A stretch of 32,000 bases of DNA from Phycisphaera mikurensis NBRC 102666 (GTDB taxonomy: Bacteria; Planctomycetota; Phycisphaerae; Phycisphaerales; Phycisphaeraceae). Numbering within the stretch: the first letter of the stretch is position 1; every line of letters starts with the position of its first letter. The position numbers were made by a program, and so were the translations under genes. Below are positions 18,281-26,735 of this stretch, one piece after another. Location: NCBI RefSeq assembly GCF_000284115.1, contig NC_017080.1, positions 3,120,001-3,152,000 of the forward strand, read 5' to 3'. The notes under the pieces were generated by a model that did no database searches, was not told the origin of the DNA, and saw only the letters and a list, made by a program, of their open reading frames with translations.

Positions 18281-18717
18281 CATGGCCGACGCCGCGGGTG
18301 GCTTCACGCTGGGCGGCCGCCGGCTTCTTCGTCGTCGCGGGCGCGGCCCACTTCGTGCGGCCGGAGCTCTACCTCCCGCTGATCCCCGACGCTCTGGGAG
18401 CGCCGCGCTTCTGGAACGCGGCCGCGGGCGCAGCGGAGGTGGCCGGCGGCCTGGGCCTGCTCGTGCCGCGGCTGCGGGCAGCCGCCGCGGCGGGGCTGGT
18501 CGTGCTGCTGCTGGTGCTGCTGTGGGTCCACGTCGAGATGCTGATCCACCCCCACCGCCCGGTCTTCGGGCGCGTGCTGCCGGCGTGGGTGCTGTGGGCC
18601 CGCCTGCCGCTGCAGCTGGTCTTCATCGCGTGGGTGGTCCACGCCGGCGGTTCGGATCGGACGCCGCCGCCCCGGGCTCAAAGCCGCGGCGGCAACGAGC
18701 CGATGCCGCGTGCATGA
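18277..18717 (+). CDS. Small multi-pass membrane protein, DoxX-like
   Basis: ATGA overlap with dacB; AAGFFVVAGAAHFVRPELYLPLIPDALGAPRFWNAAAGAAEVAGGLGLLVP... with several hydrophobic segments. Confidence 0.65.
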   Translation: MTWPTPRVASRWAAAGFFVVAGAAHFVRPELYLPLIPDALGAPRFWNAAAGAAEVAGGLGLLVPRLRAAAAAGLVVLLLVLLWVHVEMLIHPHRPVFGRVLPAWVLWARLPLQLVFIAWVVHAGGSDRTPPPRAQSRGGNEPMPRA

Positions 18718-18893
18718 GCCCGCTCACCGCCGCCTCCGCCTCGGCCCTCACCCAAGCCCACCTCGCCGAGCGGGTGCAGACCGCCGTCCTCAAGAAGAGC
18801 CACGACGCCGCCAAGGCGGAGGGCGCCGCCGTCGTGAAGCTCATCGAGGCCGCGGCCTCGTTCGCGCCGGGCGGCGTCGACGTCAAGGCCTGA
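18714..18893 (+). CDS. Small protein resembling the YjfB putative-motility family
   Basis: MSPLTAASASALTQAHLAERVQTAVLKKSHDAAKAEGAAVVKLIEAAASFAPGGVDVKA (59 aa). VxxAVLKKxxDxxK core and terminal G(V/N)xxDV-like tail; ATGA overlap with upstream gene. Confidence 0.65.
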   Translation: MSPLTAASASALTQAHLAERVQTAVLKKSHDAAKAEGAAVVKLIEAAASFAPGGVDVKA

Positions 18894-18907
18894 CCGGCCG
18901 CGGCGGC

Positions 18908-19828
18908 TCAGGCCGCCGCGGGCCGGGGCAGCGACCCCGCAGCCAACCCCGGCTTCCGCTTGCGGAACAGCATCCAGAACAGGTCGTTGCCCGGGTAGGG
19001 CAGCGTCAACCCGCAGGGCAGCCAGGCGAGCGGCTTCGCCAGCAGGCTGCGCTTGTGCGCGAGCAGGCTGCGGGCGTGGTCGACGGAGATCCGCTTCCGC
19101 GGCCGCCCCGCCGCCACCGCGTCGAACCCGTGGCCGGCGCACAGCCACCGCAGCGAGCGGCGGCTGAAGTAGTGCAGCACGCTCGGCGGGCTGTACTCGT
19201 GCCAGCGTTCGCCGGCCAGTCGGGCGGTGAGGCTGGCTCGGTCCCAGGTCTCGATGAGCCAGTATCCGCCGGGCCGCGTGGCCGCCGCCGCGCGACGCAA
19301 GGCCGCCGGCAGGTCGTAAAGGTGCGGGAGCACCTGGATCATCGTGACCGCGTCGAAGGTCGCCTCCGCGTCCGCGTAATCCTCCAGCGGGACCGCCTCC
19401 ACGGTGAGGCCGAGGCGGTCCCGCGCGTGCGCGGCCATGCGTGGGTTGGGTTCGAGGCCGCGGGCGTCGAACCCCGCCTCGGCGAAGGCCCGCAGCGTGA
19501 AGCCCGCCGCCGCGCCCACGTCGAGCACCCGGGGGGCCCGCGACTCCTGGAGCGACCCCTCCCGCTGGCGGTCCTCGCGCAAGCGGCGGGCGAGCGCCGC
19601 GGCGTAGGGCCGAGCGTGGCGGGTGACGAGGTGGCCGTCCGCGAGGTAATCGGGGTAGCCGTCGCCGCCCCCGGTGAAGTAGTCGTCGCCGTAGGTGGCG
19701 GCGACGTGCTCGGCTGGCGGGGTGAGGCCCGCGAAGCGGTGACCGCAGCGGCCGCAGCCCAGGATGGGCACCCCCCGGGCCCGGAAGCGCAGCGGCGAGA
19801 GACCCCCACAGATCGGACAAGCAAGCAT
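18908..19828 (-). CDS. Class I SAM-dependent methyltransferase with N-terminal zinc ribbon
   Basis: MLACPICGG...GCGRCGHRF; PRVLDVGAAAGFTLRAFAEAGFDARGLEPNPRMAAHAR; FDAVTMIQVLPHLYDLPAALRRAAAATRPGGYWLIET. Confidence 0.87.
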   Translation of the reverse strand: MLACPICGGLSPLRFRARGVPILGCGRCGHRFAGLTPPAEHVAATYGDDYFTGGGDGYPDYLADGHLVTRHARPYAAALARRLREDRQREGSLQESRAPRVLDVGAAAGFTLRAFAEAGFDARGLEPNPRMAAHARDRLGLTVEAVPLEDYADAEATFDAVTMIQVLPHLYDLPAALRRAAAATRPGGYWLIETWDRASLTARLAGERWHEYSPPSVLHYFSRRSLRWLCAGHGFDAVAAGRPRKRISVDHARSLLAHKRSLLAKPLAWLPCGLTLPYPGNDLFWMLFRKRKPGLAAGSLPRPAAA

Positions 19829-19911
19829 GGAGCAAGGGTGCGGCCTCGCCCGGCGGGGGCCAGCGTGATCCTCCGCCTGCGGCGGGACCGATCGGCTCTT
19901 ATCCTCGCGAG

Positions 19912-20202
19912 ATGGCCGCTCCCGTCGACCCCGCGCTGCTCTCGCTGCTCGTGTGCCCGCTCACCCGCTCGGCCCTCCGCCAGGAGGGCGACACGCTGAT
20001 CGCGACCAAGCCCGAGGGCGCCGGCCTCCGCTACCGGGTCCGCGAGGGCATCCCGGTGATGCTGATGGACGAGGCGGAGCTGCCGGACGGCTTCGACGAC
20101 CTGGCGGCCTTCATCGCCGCCCACCGCGACGACGTGCCCGATCCTGAGCGGCTCGGGGCGGCGCTCGCGGGCGAGGACCACGGCCTCGGCGGCACCCCGT
20201 GA
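19912..20202 (+). CDS. Trm112-like/YcaR (UPF0434) family protein
   Basis: PALLSLLVCPLTRSALRQEGDTLIATKPEGAGLRYRVREGIPVMLMDEA. Confidence 0.82.
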   Translation: MAAPVDPALLSLLVCPLTRSALRQEGDTLIATKPEGAGLRYRVREGIPVMLMDEAELPDGFDDLAAFIAAHRDDVPDPERLGAALAGEDHGLGGTP

Positions 20203-21971
20203 GCCCGCTCGCCGCCGCGACCGGCCTGCACGGCCTCGACGTGGCGGTGCTCGTGGGCTACCTCGCCGGCGTCAGCTGGCTGGGCGTGAAGCTCGCCGGC
20301 AAGAGCGACTCGGCCGAACGCTTCTTCCGCGGCGGCGGCATCCCATGGCCCGCGGTCGCGGCGTCGATGATCGCGACCGCGGTTTCGGCGGTCACCTTCA
20401 TCGCGGTGCCCGCCGTCGCCTTCCGCGACGGCGGGGACTTCACCTACCTGCAGCTGGGCCTGGTCGCCGGGCTGCTCTCGCGGCTGGCGGTCGCGGCCGT
20501 GCTGGTGCCGGCCTACTTCCGCGAGGGCGTGCTGAGCCCGTACGACTTCATGGCGAACCGGCTGGGCCCCGAAGCCCGCTGGGTCACCACGCTGATGTTC
20601 TCGCTGCTGGGCGTCCTCGGCCAGGCGGCCCGGGTGTACCTCACCGGCGTGGTCCTGGTGACGATGTGCGGGCCGCCGCTGGCGTCGGCGGCCGCGGCGG
20701 TGGGCGTGGCTCCGCTGACGCTGGCGATCGCCAGCGTGTCGGTCGTCGCCATCGCCTGGACGCTGCTCGGCGGCATCGCCACGGTGATCTGGACCGACGC
20801 GATGCTGCTCGCGGTCTTCGTGCTCGGCGGGCTGGTCGCGCTGCTGACCGTCGCGGCGGGCGTCGACGGCGGCCTGGCTGCGGTGGTCGCGACGGGCCTG
20901 GAGGGCGGCAAGTTCCGGCTGTTCGACCTCTCGCTCGCCCCCGAGTTCACCCGGCCCTACACGCTCTGGGCGGCGGTGATCGCGGTGACCTTCGGGAACA
21001 TCGGCTCTTACGGCACCGACCAGCTGCTCGCCCAGCGCATCTTCGCCTGCCGGAGCCCCCGCGACGCGCAGAAAGCGGTGCTGGCGTCGTACCTTGCGGA
21101 GGCGTTCGCGGCGCTGATGCTGCTCGTCGGCGTCGCCCTGTGGGCTTTCTACGAGGCGTATCCCGATGCGTTGCCCGCCGCCGCCGTCGAACGGCCCGAC
21201 GCCATCTTCCCCGCCTTCGTGCTCGCGGAGGTCCCCATCGGTCTCACCGGGCTGATCCTCGCCGGCGTGTTCGCGGCGGCGCTTTCGAGCCTCACCTCGA
21301 TCCTCGGGGCCCTCGCTCAGACGACCACCGCCCTCCTGCCCGAGCCCGCGGACGACGCTTCGGGTCTGCGGCGGGCCCGCTTCCTCGTGGCGCTGTGGGG
21401 CGTCGTGCTCGCGCTGGCCGCGGTGGGAGCCGGCGCGTACGTCGACCACCAGGAGGCCGCCGGCAACGAGGTCCCGCTGCTCGACCTCGCGCTGGGCCTC
21501 GCGAACTACGTGATCGGCGGCCTGCTGGCGGCCTTCGTGCTCGCGTGGCTGCCGCTTAGGATCAATGCCCGCGGGCTGCTCTTCTCCGCCCCGCTGTCGG
21601 TCGCGTGCGTCTGGGCCGCCCGCTTCCACGGGGAGCGTCCCGCGGAGATCTGCCTGGTCGTCGGCGTCGTCTTCCTCGCGGCGTGGACGGCCGCTTCGGC
21701 CTGCGGCAGCGCCCGCCTCCGCGGGCCGCGCCTGCGCCGCCTGCCCGTCGCGGCCGCCGCGGCCGCGGTCCCGCTGCTCCTGGAGCGCTTCCTGGTGTTC
21801 GGAGAAGACCCCAGCGGTCCGGTGAGCATCGCCTGGCCGTGGTACGCCCCGCTCGCCGGCCTGGTTGCCGGCGTCTTCGGCTACGGGCTCGCGGACCCGC
21901 GGACCGAGGACCCGCGGACGCCCGAGCGGCCGCGGTCCGCGGACTTGGCCGGGCCGACCGGCCCCGCCTGA
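20199..21971 (+). CDS. Sodium:solute symporter family transporter
   Basis: VGYLAGVSWLGVKLAGKSDSAERFFRGGGIPWPAVAASMIATAVSAVTFIAVPA; VWTDAMLLAVF; GSYGTDQLLAQRIFACRSPRDAQKAV; many TM segments. Confidence 0.87.
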   Translation: MSPLAAATGLHGLDVAVLVGYLAGVSWLGVKLAGKSDSAERFFRGGGIPWPAVAASMIATAVSAVTFIAVPAVAFRDGGDFTYLQLGLVAGLLSRLAVAAVLVPAYFREGVLSPYDFMANRLGPEARWVTTLMFSLLGVLGQAARVYLTGVVLVTMCGPPLASAAAAVGVAPLTLAIASVSVVAIAWTLLGGIATVIWTDAMLLAVFVLGGLVALLTVAAGVDGGLAAVVATGLEGGKFRLFDLSLAPEFTRPYTLWAAVIAVTFGNIGSYGTDQLLAQRIFACRSPRDAQKAVLASYLAEAFAALMLLVGVALWAFYEAYPDALPAAAVERPDAIFPAFVLAEVPIGLTGLILAGVFAAALSSLTSILGALAQTTTALLPEPADDASGLRRARFLVALWGVVLALAAVGAGAYVDHQEAAGNEVPLLDLALGLANYVIGGLLAAFVLAWLPLRINARGLLFSAPLSVACVWAARFHGERPAEICLVVGVVFLAAWTAASACGSARLRGPRLRRLPVAAAAAAVPLLLERFLVFGEDPSGPVSIAWPWYAPLAGLVAGVFGYGLADPRTEDPRTPERPRSADLAGPTGPA

Positions 21972-22135
21972 AGCGCGGGCGCCGACCGGCGGCCGGATGG
22001 CCCCGAGGGGCAGGCCCGCTCCCGGTCCGGCCCCGCCGGGCGGGTTCCCTACGCATCCAAAGAGCTTCTTGGGCGTCCGCTCGCGGAGCGCCCCGCCCGC
22101 TCGGGGGCGGGTTCCGCCTCTGCATGCGGTCCTCT

Positions 22136-23893
22136 TCACCGCCAGGAGGGCTTGGCACCTCCACCAGGGTCGGCTCGATGCCCAGGTCGATCCTGGGACG
22201 CGTCTTGCTCTTCCGCGCGGACGCGGCCTGCACGCTGGGCTTCGCCCGCCGTCTCGAAGAAGACAGCGGAGCCCGCGGGGATCAGCGCCGCCCGCGGGTC
22301 GTCGCGGCGGTAGAAGCGGCGGCCCGCCTCGTGCGAGACCCAGGCCGCGTCGGGGGTGTCGGGCCCGCCGACGAGCCAGCTGAACGGCGGCGGGTCCGCC
22401 GGCTCCAGCGCGGCGTCGGGGTCGAGCGTCTGGCCCGGTGCCCGGAGGCCGTAGCCCTCCGGGGCGTCGGGGAAGCGGGCCGCGAAAGCCTCGCGCCCCC
22501 GCGCGGTCGCGTCGCCGGGGTGGACCTCCGTCCCCCGCCAGGCGAGCACCGAAAGGCCCAGCAGCAGCAGCACGAGCACGGCGGCCGCCAAGCGGCGGCG
22601 CGGGCGGTTGGCCGGCAGCCACCACCCGCCCGCGCCGCCGGTGAGCAGGCCCGGCCCAAGCGGCGGGCCGGCCGCGGTGACGGCTCGGGCGCCCGCGGGG
22701 GCGAAGGCCGCGCCGGTGGGCAGCGGGCCCGATCCCTCGCCGGGCAGCACGAGCATCAGCTCGGTGTCCGCCGCGTCGAGGCCGATGCTCTCCACCCGCA
22801 GGAGCGCACCGACCTCCTCCATCGCCGGCCGGTCCCGCGCGTCCACCGCCATCATCCGCTCGAACAGCCCGGCGAGCGCCTCCGAGCACGCCGGAGCCGC
22901 GGCGCGGAGGTCCGGCCGCGGGGCCGCCGCGTGCTTGGCGATGACGCCCTCGAGGCTCTCCGCCTCGAAGGGGGGGCGGCCGGTGAGCACGAAGTGCATC
23001 GTCGCCCCGAGGCTGTAGACGTCGGCCGCGGCGGACACCGCCCCGCGTTGCGCCAGCTCGGGCGCGAGGTAGTGCGGCGTGCCGAGGGCCGCGGCCTCCC
23101 GCTCGTCCGGATCGGCGGGGTCGGCGAGGCGGACGAGCCCGAAGTCGACCAGCTTCGCCCGGCAGGTGCGGGTGAGCATCAGGTTCGCCGGCTTCACATC
23201 GCGGTGGATCATGCCGCGCTGGTGGGCGGCGAGCAGCGCCGCCGCCGCGTCCGCGAGCACCGGGCAGGCCCGCTCGGGCGGCAGCAGGCCCGCCGCCCGC
23301 ACCAGCTGCCGCAGCGAACCGCCCTCGAGGTACTCCGTGGCGATGTACCACCAGCCCGCGGTGCGGTCGATCTCGTGGATGCGGGCGACGTGGAGGTGCT
23401 CGAGCTTGGCCGCTGCGCGGGCCTCCCGGAGGAACTGCGCCACCCGGGCGTCGCCGTGGAGCAGCCCCCCGGGGCGCCGCATGACCTTCAGCGCCACCAC
23501 CCGCCGCAGGTGGGTGTCCTCCGCCTGGAAGACGATGCCGGCCGTGCCCTCCCCCAGCCGACGCAGCAGGCGGAACTTCCCCAGCCGCTTGCCGACCCAG
23601 GCGTCGCCCCCGGGCCCGGGCCCGCCCTCCCGCACCGGCGTGCCGTCGGCATCGGGCAACGGCCCCGCGGCGCCGCCGGCCGGCACGGCCCCGGCCGCCG
23701 GATCCGCCTCGAAGAGCACCAGCGTCTGGTCCGGGCGCGGTTCGGGATCCCCCGCCTCCGTGTCGCCCGCATCCGCCGCGCCCGCGGCGTGGTCGGCATC
23801 CGAGCCCGGAGGCGTCGGCGACCCGCCGGGCCCGCCCGCCCGCGCCGCGGCGGCCGCGTCGTGCTCCTCCGGCGGCTCGCCACCCGCCTTCAC
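22136..23893 (-). CDS. Membrane-anchored serine/threonine protein kinase
   Basis: LGKFRLLRRLGEGTAGIVFQAEDTHLRRVVALKVM, MIHRDVKPANLMLTRTCRAKLVDFGLVRL, GTPHYLAPE, TM AAAVLVLLLLGLSVLAW. GTG start overlaps the upstream stop (GTGA). Confidence 0.9.
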   Translation of the reverse strand: MKAGGEPPEEHDAAAAARAGGPGGSPTPPGSDADHAAGAADAGDTEAGDPEPRPDQTLVLFEADPAAGAVPAGGAAGPLPDADGTPVREGGPGPGGDAWVGKRLGKFRLLRRLGEGTAGIVFQAEDTHLRRVVALKVMRRPGGLLHGDARVAQFLREARAAAKLEHLHVARIHEIDRTAGWWYIATEYLEGGSLRQLVRAAGLLPPERACPVLADAAAALLAAHQRGMIHRDVKPANLMLTRTCRAKLVDFGLVRLADPADPDEREAAALGTPHYLAPELAQRGAVSAAADVYSLGATMHFVLTGRPPFEAESLEGVIAKHAAAPRPDLRAAAPACSEALAGLFERMMAVDARDRPAMEEVGALLRVESIGLDAADTELMLVLPGEGSGPLPTGAAFAPAGARAVTAAGPPLGPGLLTGGAGGWWLPANRPRRRLAAAVLVLLLLGLSVLAWRGTEVHPGDATARGREAFAARFPDAPEGYGLRAPGQTLDPDAALEPADPPPFSWLVGGPDTPDAAWVSHEAGRRFYRRDDPRAALIPAGSAVFFETAGEAQRAGRVRAEEQDASQDRPGHRADPGGGAKPSWR

Positions 23894-25053
23894 GGCGTCG
23901 GCTCCGAAGCCGCCGCTTGCGCCCGCTTTGTCGCGTCGAAGTGCAGCAGCGTCAGCAGGCTCTGCCTCCCGTCGCGGTTTTCGCTGGCGTCGCCCTCGTC
24001 CGAAGCCAGGGCGATGAGGTCGCTGTCGCCCACGCGGCACACGGCGTCGATGTTCAGGTCGGCCGCCCGCAGCACCGCCACCGGCGGCTCGGCCTTGCGG
24101 CCCGACCACCAGAACAGCGCGTAGTCGAAGTCGACCAGCGGATACGCCTCCGAGCCGGGCTCGCGGGTGCCGCCGCTGAGGCCGGCGGCCACGAGGTACC
24201 CGCGGGTGACCGGGTCCCAGCAGAGATCGGCGATGCCGCGGCCGCCCAGGTCGAGCCGGAAGAGGTCGACGACGCGGAGCAGCGTGGCGTCGCCGGCGTC
24301 GAAGGCGGCGTCCACGCCGGTCACCGCGACCGCCAGGGCGTCGCGCCCCGCCAGCGGGTTCCGCATGCCCAGCAGCGCCCGCCCGCCGCCGGGCTCGAAG
24401 GCGAGCCCCTCCACGTTGCCCCACCGGTCGGTGTTGGCGCCAAGCTGGTCCGACCACGCGGCGTAGTGCCCCACCCGCAACGCGTGCAGGTGCTTGTCGA
24501 TCTCCCGCCGCAACCCGCTGACGTCGAGCACCGCCGCGGCGTTGGCGAGCGGCCGACCGCTGGACGAGACCGGGACCCGCGCGAAGCGGTGCCGCGACAG
24601 GTCCGTCGAGCCGTCGAAGTCGTGGCTCATCGAGGTCAGCGCGTAGACCCGCTGGACCCCGCCGGGCCCGGGGCGTGCGGCCAGCGCCTCGACGTCGCGG
24701 AGCAGGTTCCGCTCGTTGAGGATGATCGGCTCGGGCCGCGGCGTGCCGAGGATGGCCCGCTCCGGATCCACGGCAACGCGGAACAACGCGTGCGCGTGCC
24801 GATCGCTCGCCGCGAGCAGCGTCCCGCCCGCCCACGCGAGGCCGCTGCACTCCAGCGGCAGCGGCGTGGGATCCAGCGGGTGGTTGGAGGTGCGGGCGCG
24901 GATCGTCACGTCGCGCTGCGCCACCACCGGCGGATCCAGGACGCCGAACCAGATCCGAGGCCGCGCCCCGGCCGGGTCGGCCGCCTGCGCTCCCGCCGGC
25001 ACGGCGAGGAACGCCGCCACCAGCCACAGCCACAGGGTCCGGGTCGTCGTCAT
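23890..25053 (-). CDS. Secreted propeller-like hypothetical protein
   Basis: Signal peptide LWLWLVAAFLAVPAGAQA; repeated blades with LECSGLAWAGGTLLAASDR, WGNVEGLAFEPGGGRALLGMRNP, GRGIADLCWDPVTRGYLVAAG. Confidence 0.72.
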   Translation of the reverse strand: MTTTRTLWLWLVAAFLAVPAGAQAADPAGARPRIWFGVLDPPVVAQRDVTIRARTSNHPLDPTPLPLECSGLAWAGGTLLAASDRHAHALFRVAVDPERAILGTPRPEPIILNERNLLRDVEALAARPGPGGVQRVYALTSMSHDFDGSTDLSRHRFARVPVSSSGRPLANAAAVLDVSGLRREIDKHLHALRVGHYAAWSDQLGANTDRWGNVEGLAFEPGGGRALLGMRNPLAGRDALAVAVTGVDAAFDAGDATLLRVVDLFRLDLGGRGIADLCWDPVTRGYLVAAGLSGGTREPGSEAYPLVDFDYALFWWSGRKAEPPVAVLRAADLNIDAVCRVGDSDLIALASDEGDASENRDGRQSLLTLLHFDATKRAQAAASEPTP

Positions 25054-25398
25054 GAAGCCAGAAACCCCGATGATCCCCGATCCGCCGCCAAGCCCCCGCG
25101 AAGGAGCCTACCGCGGCTTCCTGGGGTCGCCCCCGGGGCGGCGGCCGCTCCCCGGCGGCGTGCCCGCGGCTCCGGTCGGTCGCTCCCGCGAGACGCTCCG
25201 CCCGCATCCCGAAGGAAGCCGTCGGTCCGCTCCGGCACCCACGGTGGATGAAGCGGCTCCGCAGAGCCGTCGTGCTCGTCCCGCTGCTGTAACTCTTCAT
25301 CACCCCGGCGCTGGGCAGCCTGCTCTCGGGCTGGGCGTACGCGCGGATCGACACCGGCGACGCCGCTTCATCGCGTCGCTGCGGTCTAGCGTCGAGTC

Positions 25399-26049
25399 AT
25401 GAGCAGCACCACGCACAAGGAAACCGATCCGCCCGCGGGCGGACCCGACGAGAAGCCCACGGGCAGCCGAAAATCCCCCATCGAGCCCCGCGGCAAGCAG
25501 CAGGTCAAGCCGGGCGGCGACGCCGAAGCCGGCCGCGTCGTCCTGACCGAGGCCGACCGCCGGCGTCAGAGCGGCGCCGGGGCCGGCGCCGCCACCGGCG
25601 TGCCGCACGACGAGGACGAGCACCTCCTGGTCGACGATCCGGCCGACGACTCGGTCGACTTCCTCCACGTCCTGGGCAGCGACGACGCGAAGAAGGCGCT
25701 CCAGACGGCCGGCGTCGCGCTCGCCGCGGTCGCGACCCTCGCCGGACTGGCCGCGCTCGTCGTTGCCGCCGTCCGCGACGCGAACGATCGAGACGACCGG
25801 GACGGCCGCGCCGGCGGCGGTCGCCGCGCCGGGTTGCTCGCCGCCGGCCGCGCGGCCCGCACGCGTTTCGGGCAGACCGACCTGAACCGGGCGTCCCTGA
25901 CCGAGCTGCAGCGGGTTCCCGGCATCGGCCACCGCTCCGCCGTCCTCATCGTGCGGCACCGGCCGTACGACAGCGTCGCCGAAGTCCGCGAGATCACCGG
26001 CATCCGCGCCAGCGCCTACCGCGAGCTGCGCCCGCACGTCAAGGTCTGA
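25399..26049 (+). CDS. Helix-hairpin-helix (ComEA-like) domain protein with one TM segment
   Basis: TDLNRASLTELQRVPGIGHRSAVLIVRHRPYDSVAEVREITGIRASAYRELRPHVKV, preceded by hydrophobic segment VALAAVATLAGLAALVVAAV. Confidence 0.82.
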   Translation: MSSTTHKETDPPAGGPDEKPTGSRKSPIEPRGKQQVKPGGDAEAGRVVLTEADRRRQSGAGAGAATGVPHDEDEHLLVDDPADDSVDFLHVLGSDDAKKALQTAGVALAAVATLAGLAALVVAAVRDANDRDDRDGRAGGGRRAGLLAAGRAARTRFGQTDLNRASLTELQRVPGIGHRSAVLIVRHRPYDSVAEVREITGIRASAYRELRPHVKV

Positions 26050-26160
26050 CACCAGAGCACGCGAGCGCTTGGTGTCACCCGCTTCGGGTGGTGCGTGTTC
26101 CAGTCCCGGTCTCAGCACCGAAAGGTGGTGGCACCGCGGGAGGGCGGCTCGTCCGAGGGG
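26048..26160 (+). ncRNA. Candidate structured RNA with T-box-like antiterminator motif (speculative)
   Basis: 7-bp stem GACACCA/TGGTGTC, stem CACCCG-CTT-CGGGTG, CACC-GAAA-GGTG, then GGTGGCACCGCG (26127-26138) and CTCGTCC (26148-26154). No specifier loop or aaRS gene identified. Confidence 0.2.
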
Positions 26161-26428
26161 GCCCGGGGCACCGCGCCGCCCGGGGTCGGGCCGGGGAGAC
26201 CCCGCCGGGGAGGCGGCACCGGCCCGGCGCGCCGGCGTCCTTCCCGCTATCCTGTCCGCGCCGACGCCGCCGGAGTCTTCCGGGTCCTGACCGACCCGGG
26301 GCCTCCAGCGGGCGGCGGGCCCCCGGCGGCCCGCCGCCCAAGCGGCCCGGCGGCCGGCCTCTCCCGCCCAACGGCGGGACGCGGCCACACGCGGACGACA
26401 CCGTCGCCCGCGCCGCGTTCCCTCCCGA

Positions 26429-26499
26429 AGGCCCATGGTGTAATGGCAGCACAGCTGTTTTTGGTGCAGCTCGTCGGGGTTCGAATCCCTGTGGGCCTA
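26429..26499 (+). tRNA. tRNA-Gln (anticodon TTG)
   Basis: Acceptor AGGCCCA/TGGGCCT, D arm GTGT..GCAC, anticodon arm GCTGT-TTTTGGT-GCAGC, T arm CGGGG-TTCGAAT-CCCTG, discriminator A; CCA not encoded. Confidence 0.94.
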
Positions 26500-26735
26500 A
26501 AAGAACTTTGCTCCGTGGGCTTCGCCCGCTGTGCAAGGTTGCGCCCCGAGCGGGGCACGTCTCCGCCGGGGGCGACCCGCGGCTCCGCTTGGGAGCGGTC
26601 GGCTCCGTCGCGGCCGATCCGCGAACAGCGGCGGGGTGGCGTCACCGCGGACCGCGGGCGTTCCGCACGCCGCGGGCGAGCGGTCCGCGGGTCGGGTTGG
26701 AGATCCTGCCCGCCGCGGCTGCGGAGCGTGTCCTC

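Noticed and set aside
22071-22094. Rho-independent terminator between convergent symporter and kinase genes
   Set aside because: GGGCG..CGCTC-GCG-GAGCG..CCC is imperfect and lacks a T-tract; not strong enough to list.
20031-23351. 1106-aa minus/plus shadow ORFs over symporter and kinase genes
   Set aside because: Composition-driven frames without domains, conflicting with symporter and kinase.
23894-25354. Upstream part of the 1072-aa kinase-frame ORF
   Set aside because: Lies antiparallel-frame within the well-supported secreted protein gene; the GTG at 23893 with stop overlap is a better start.
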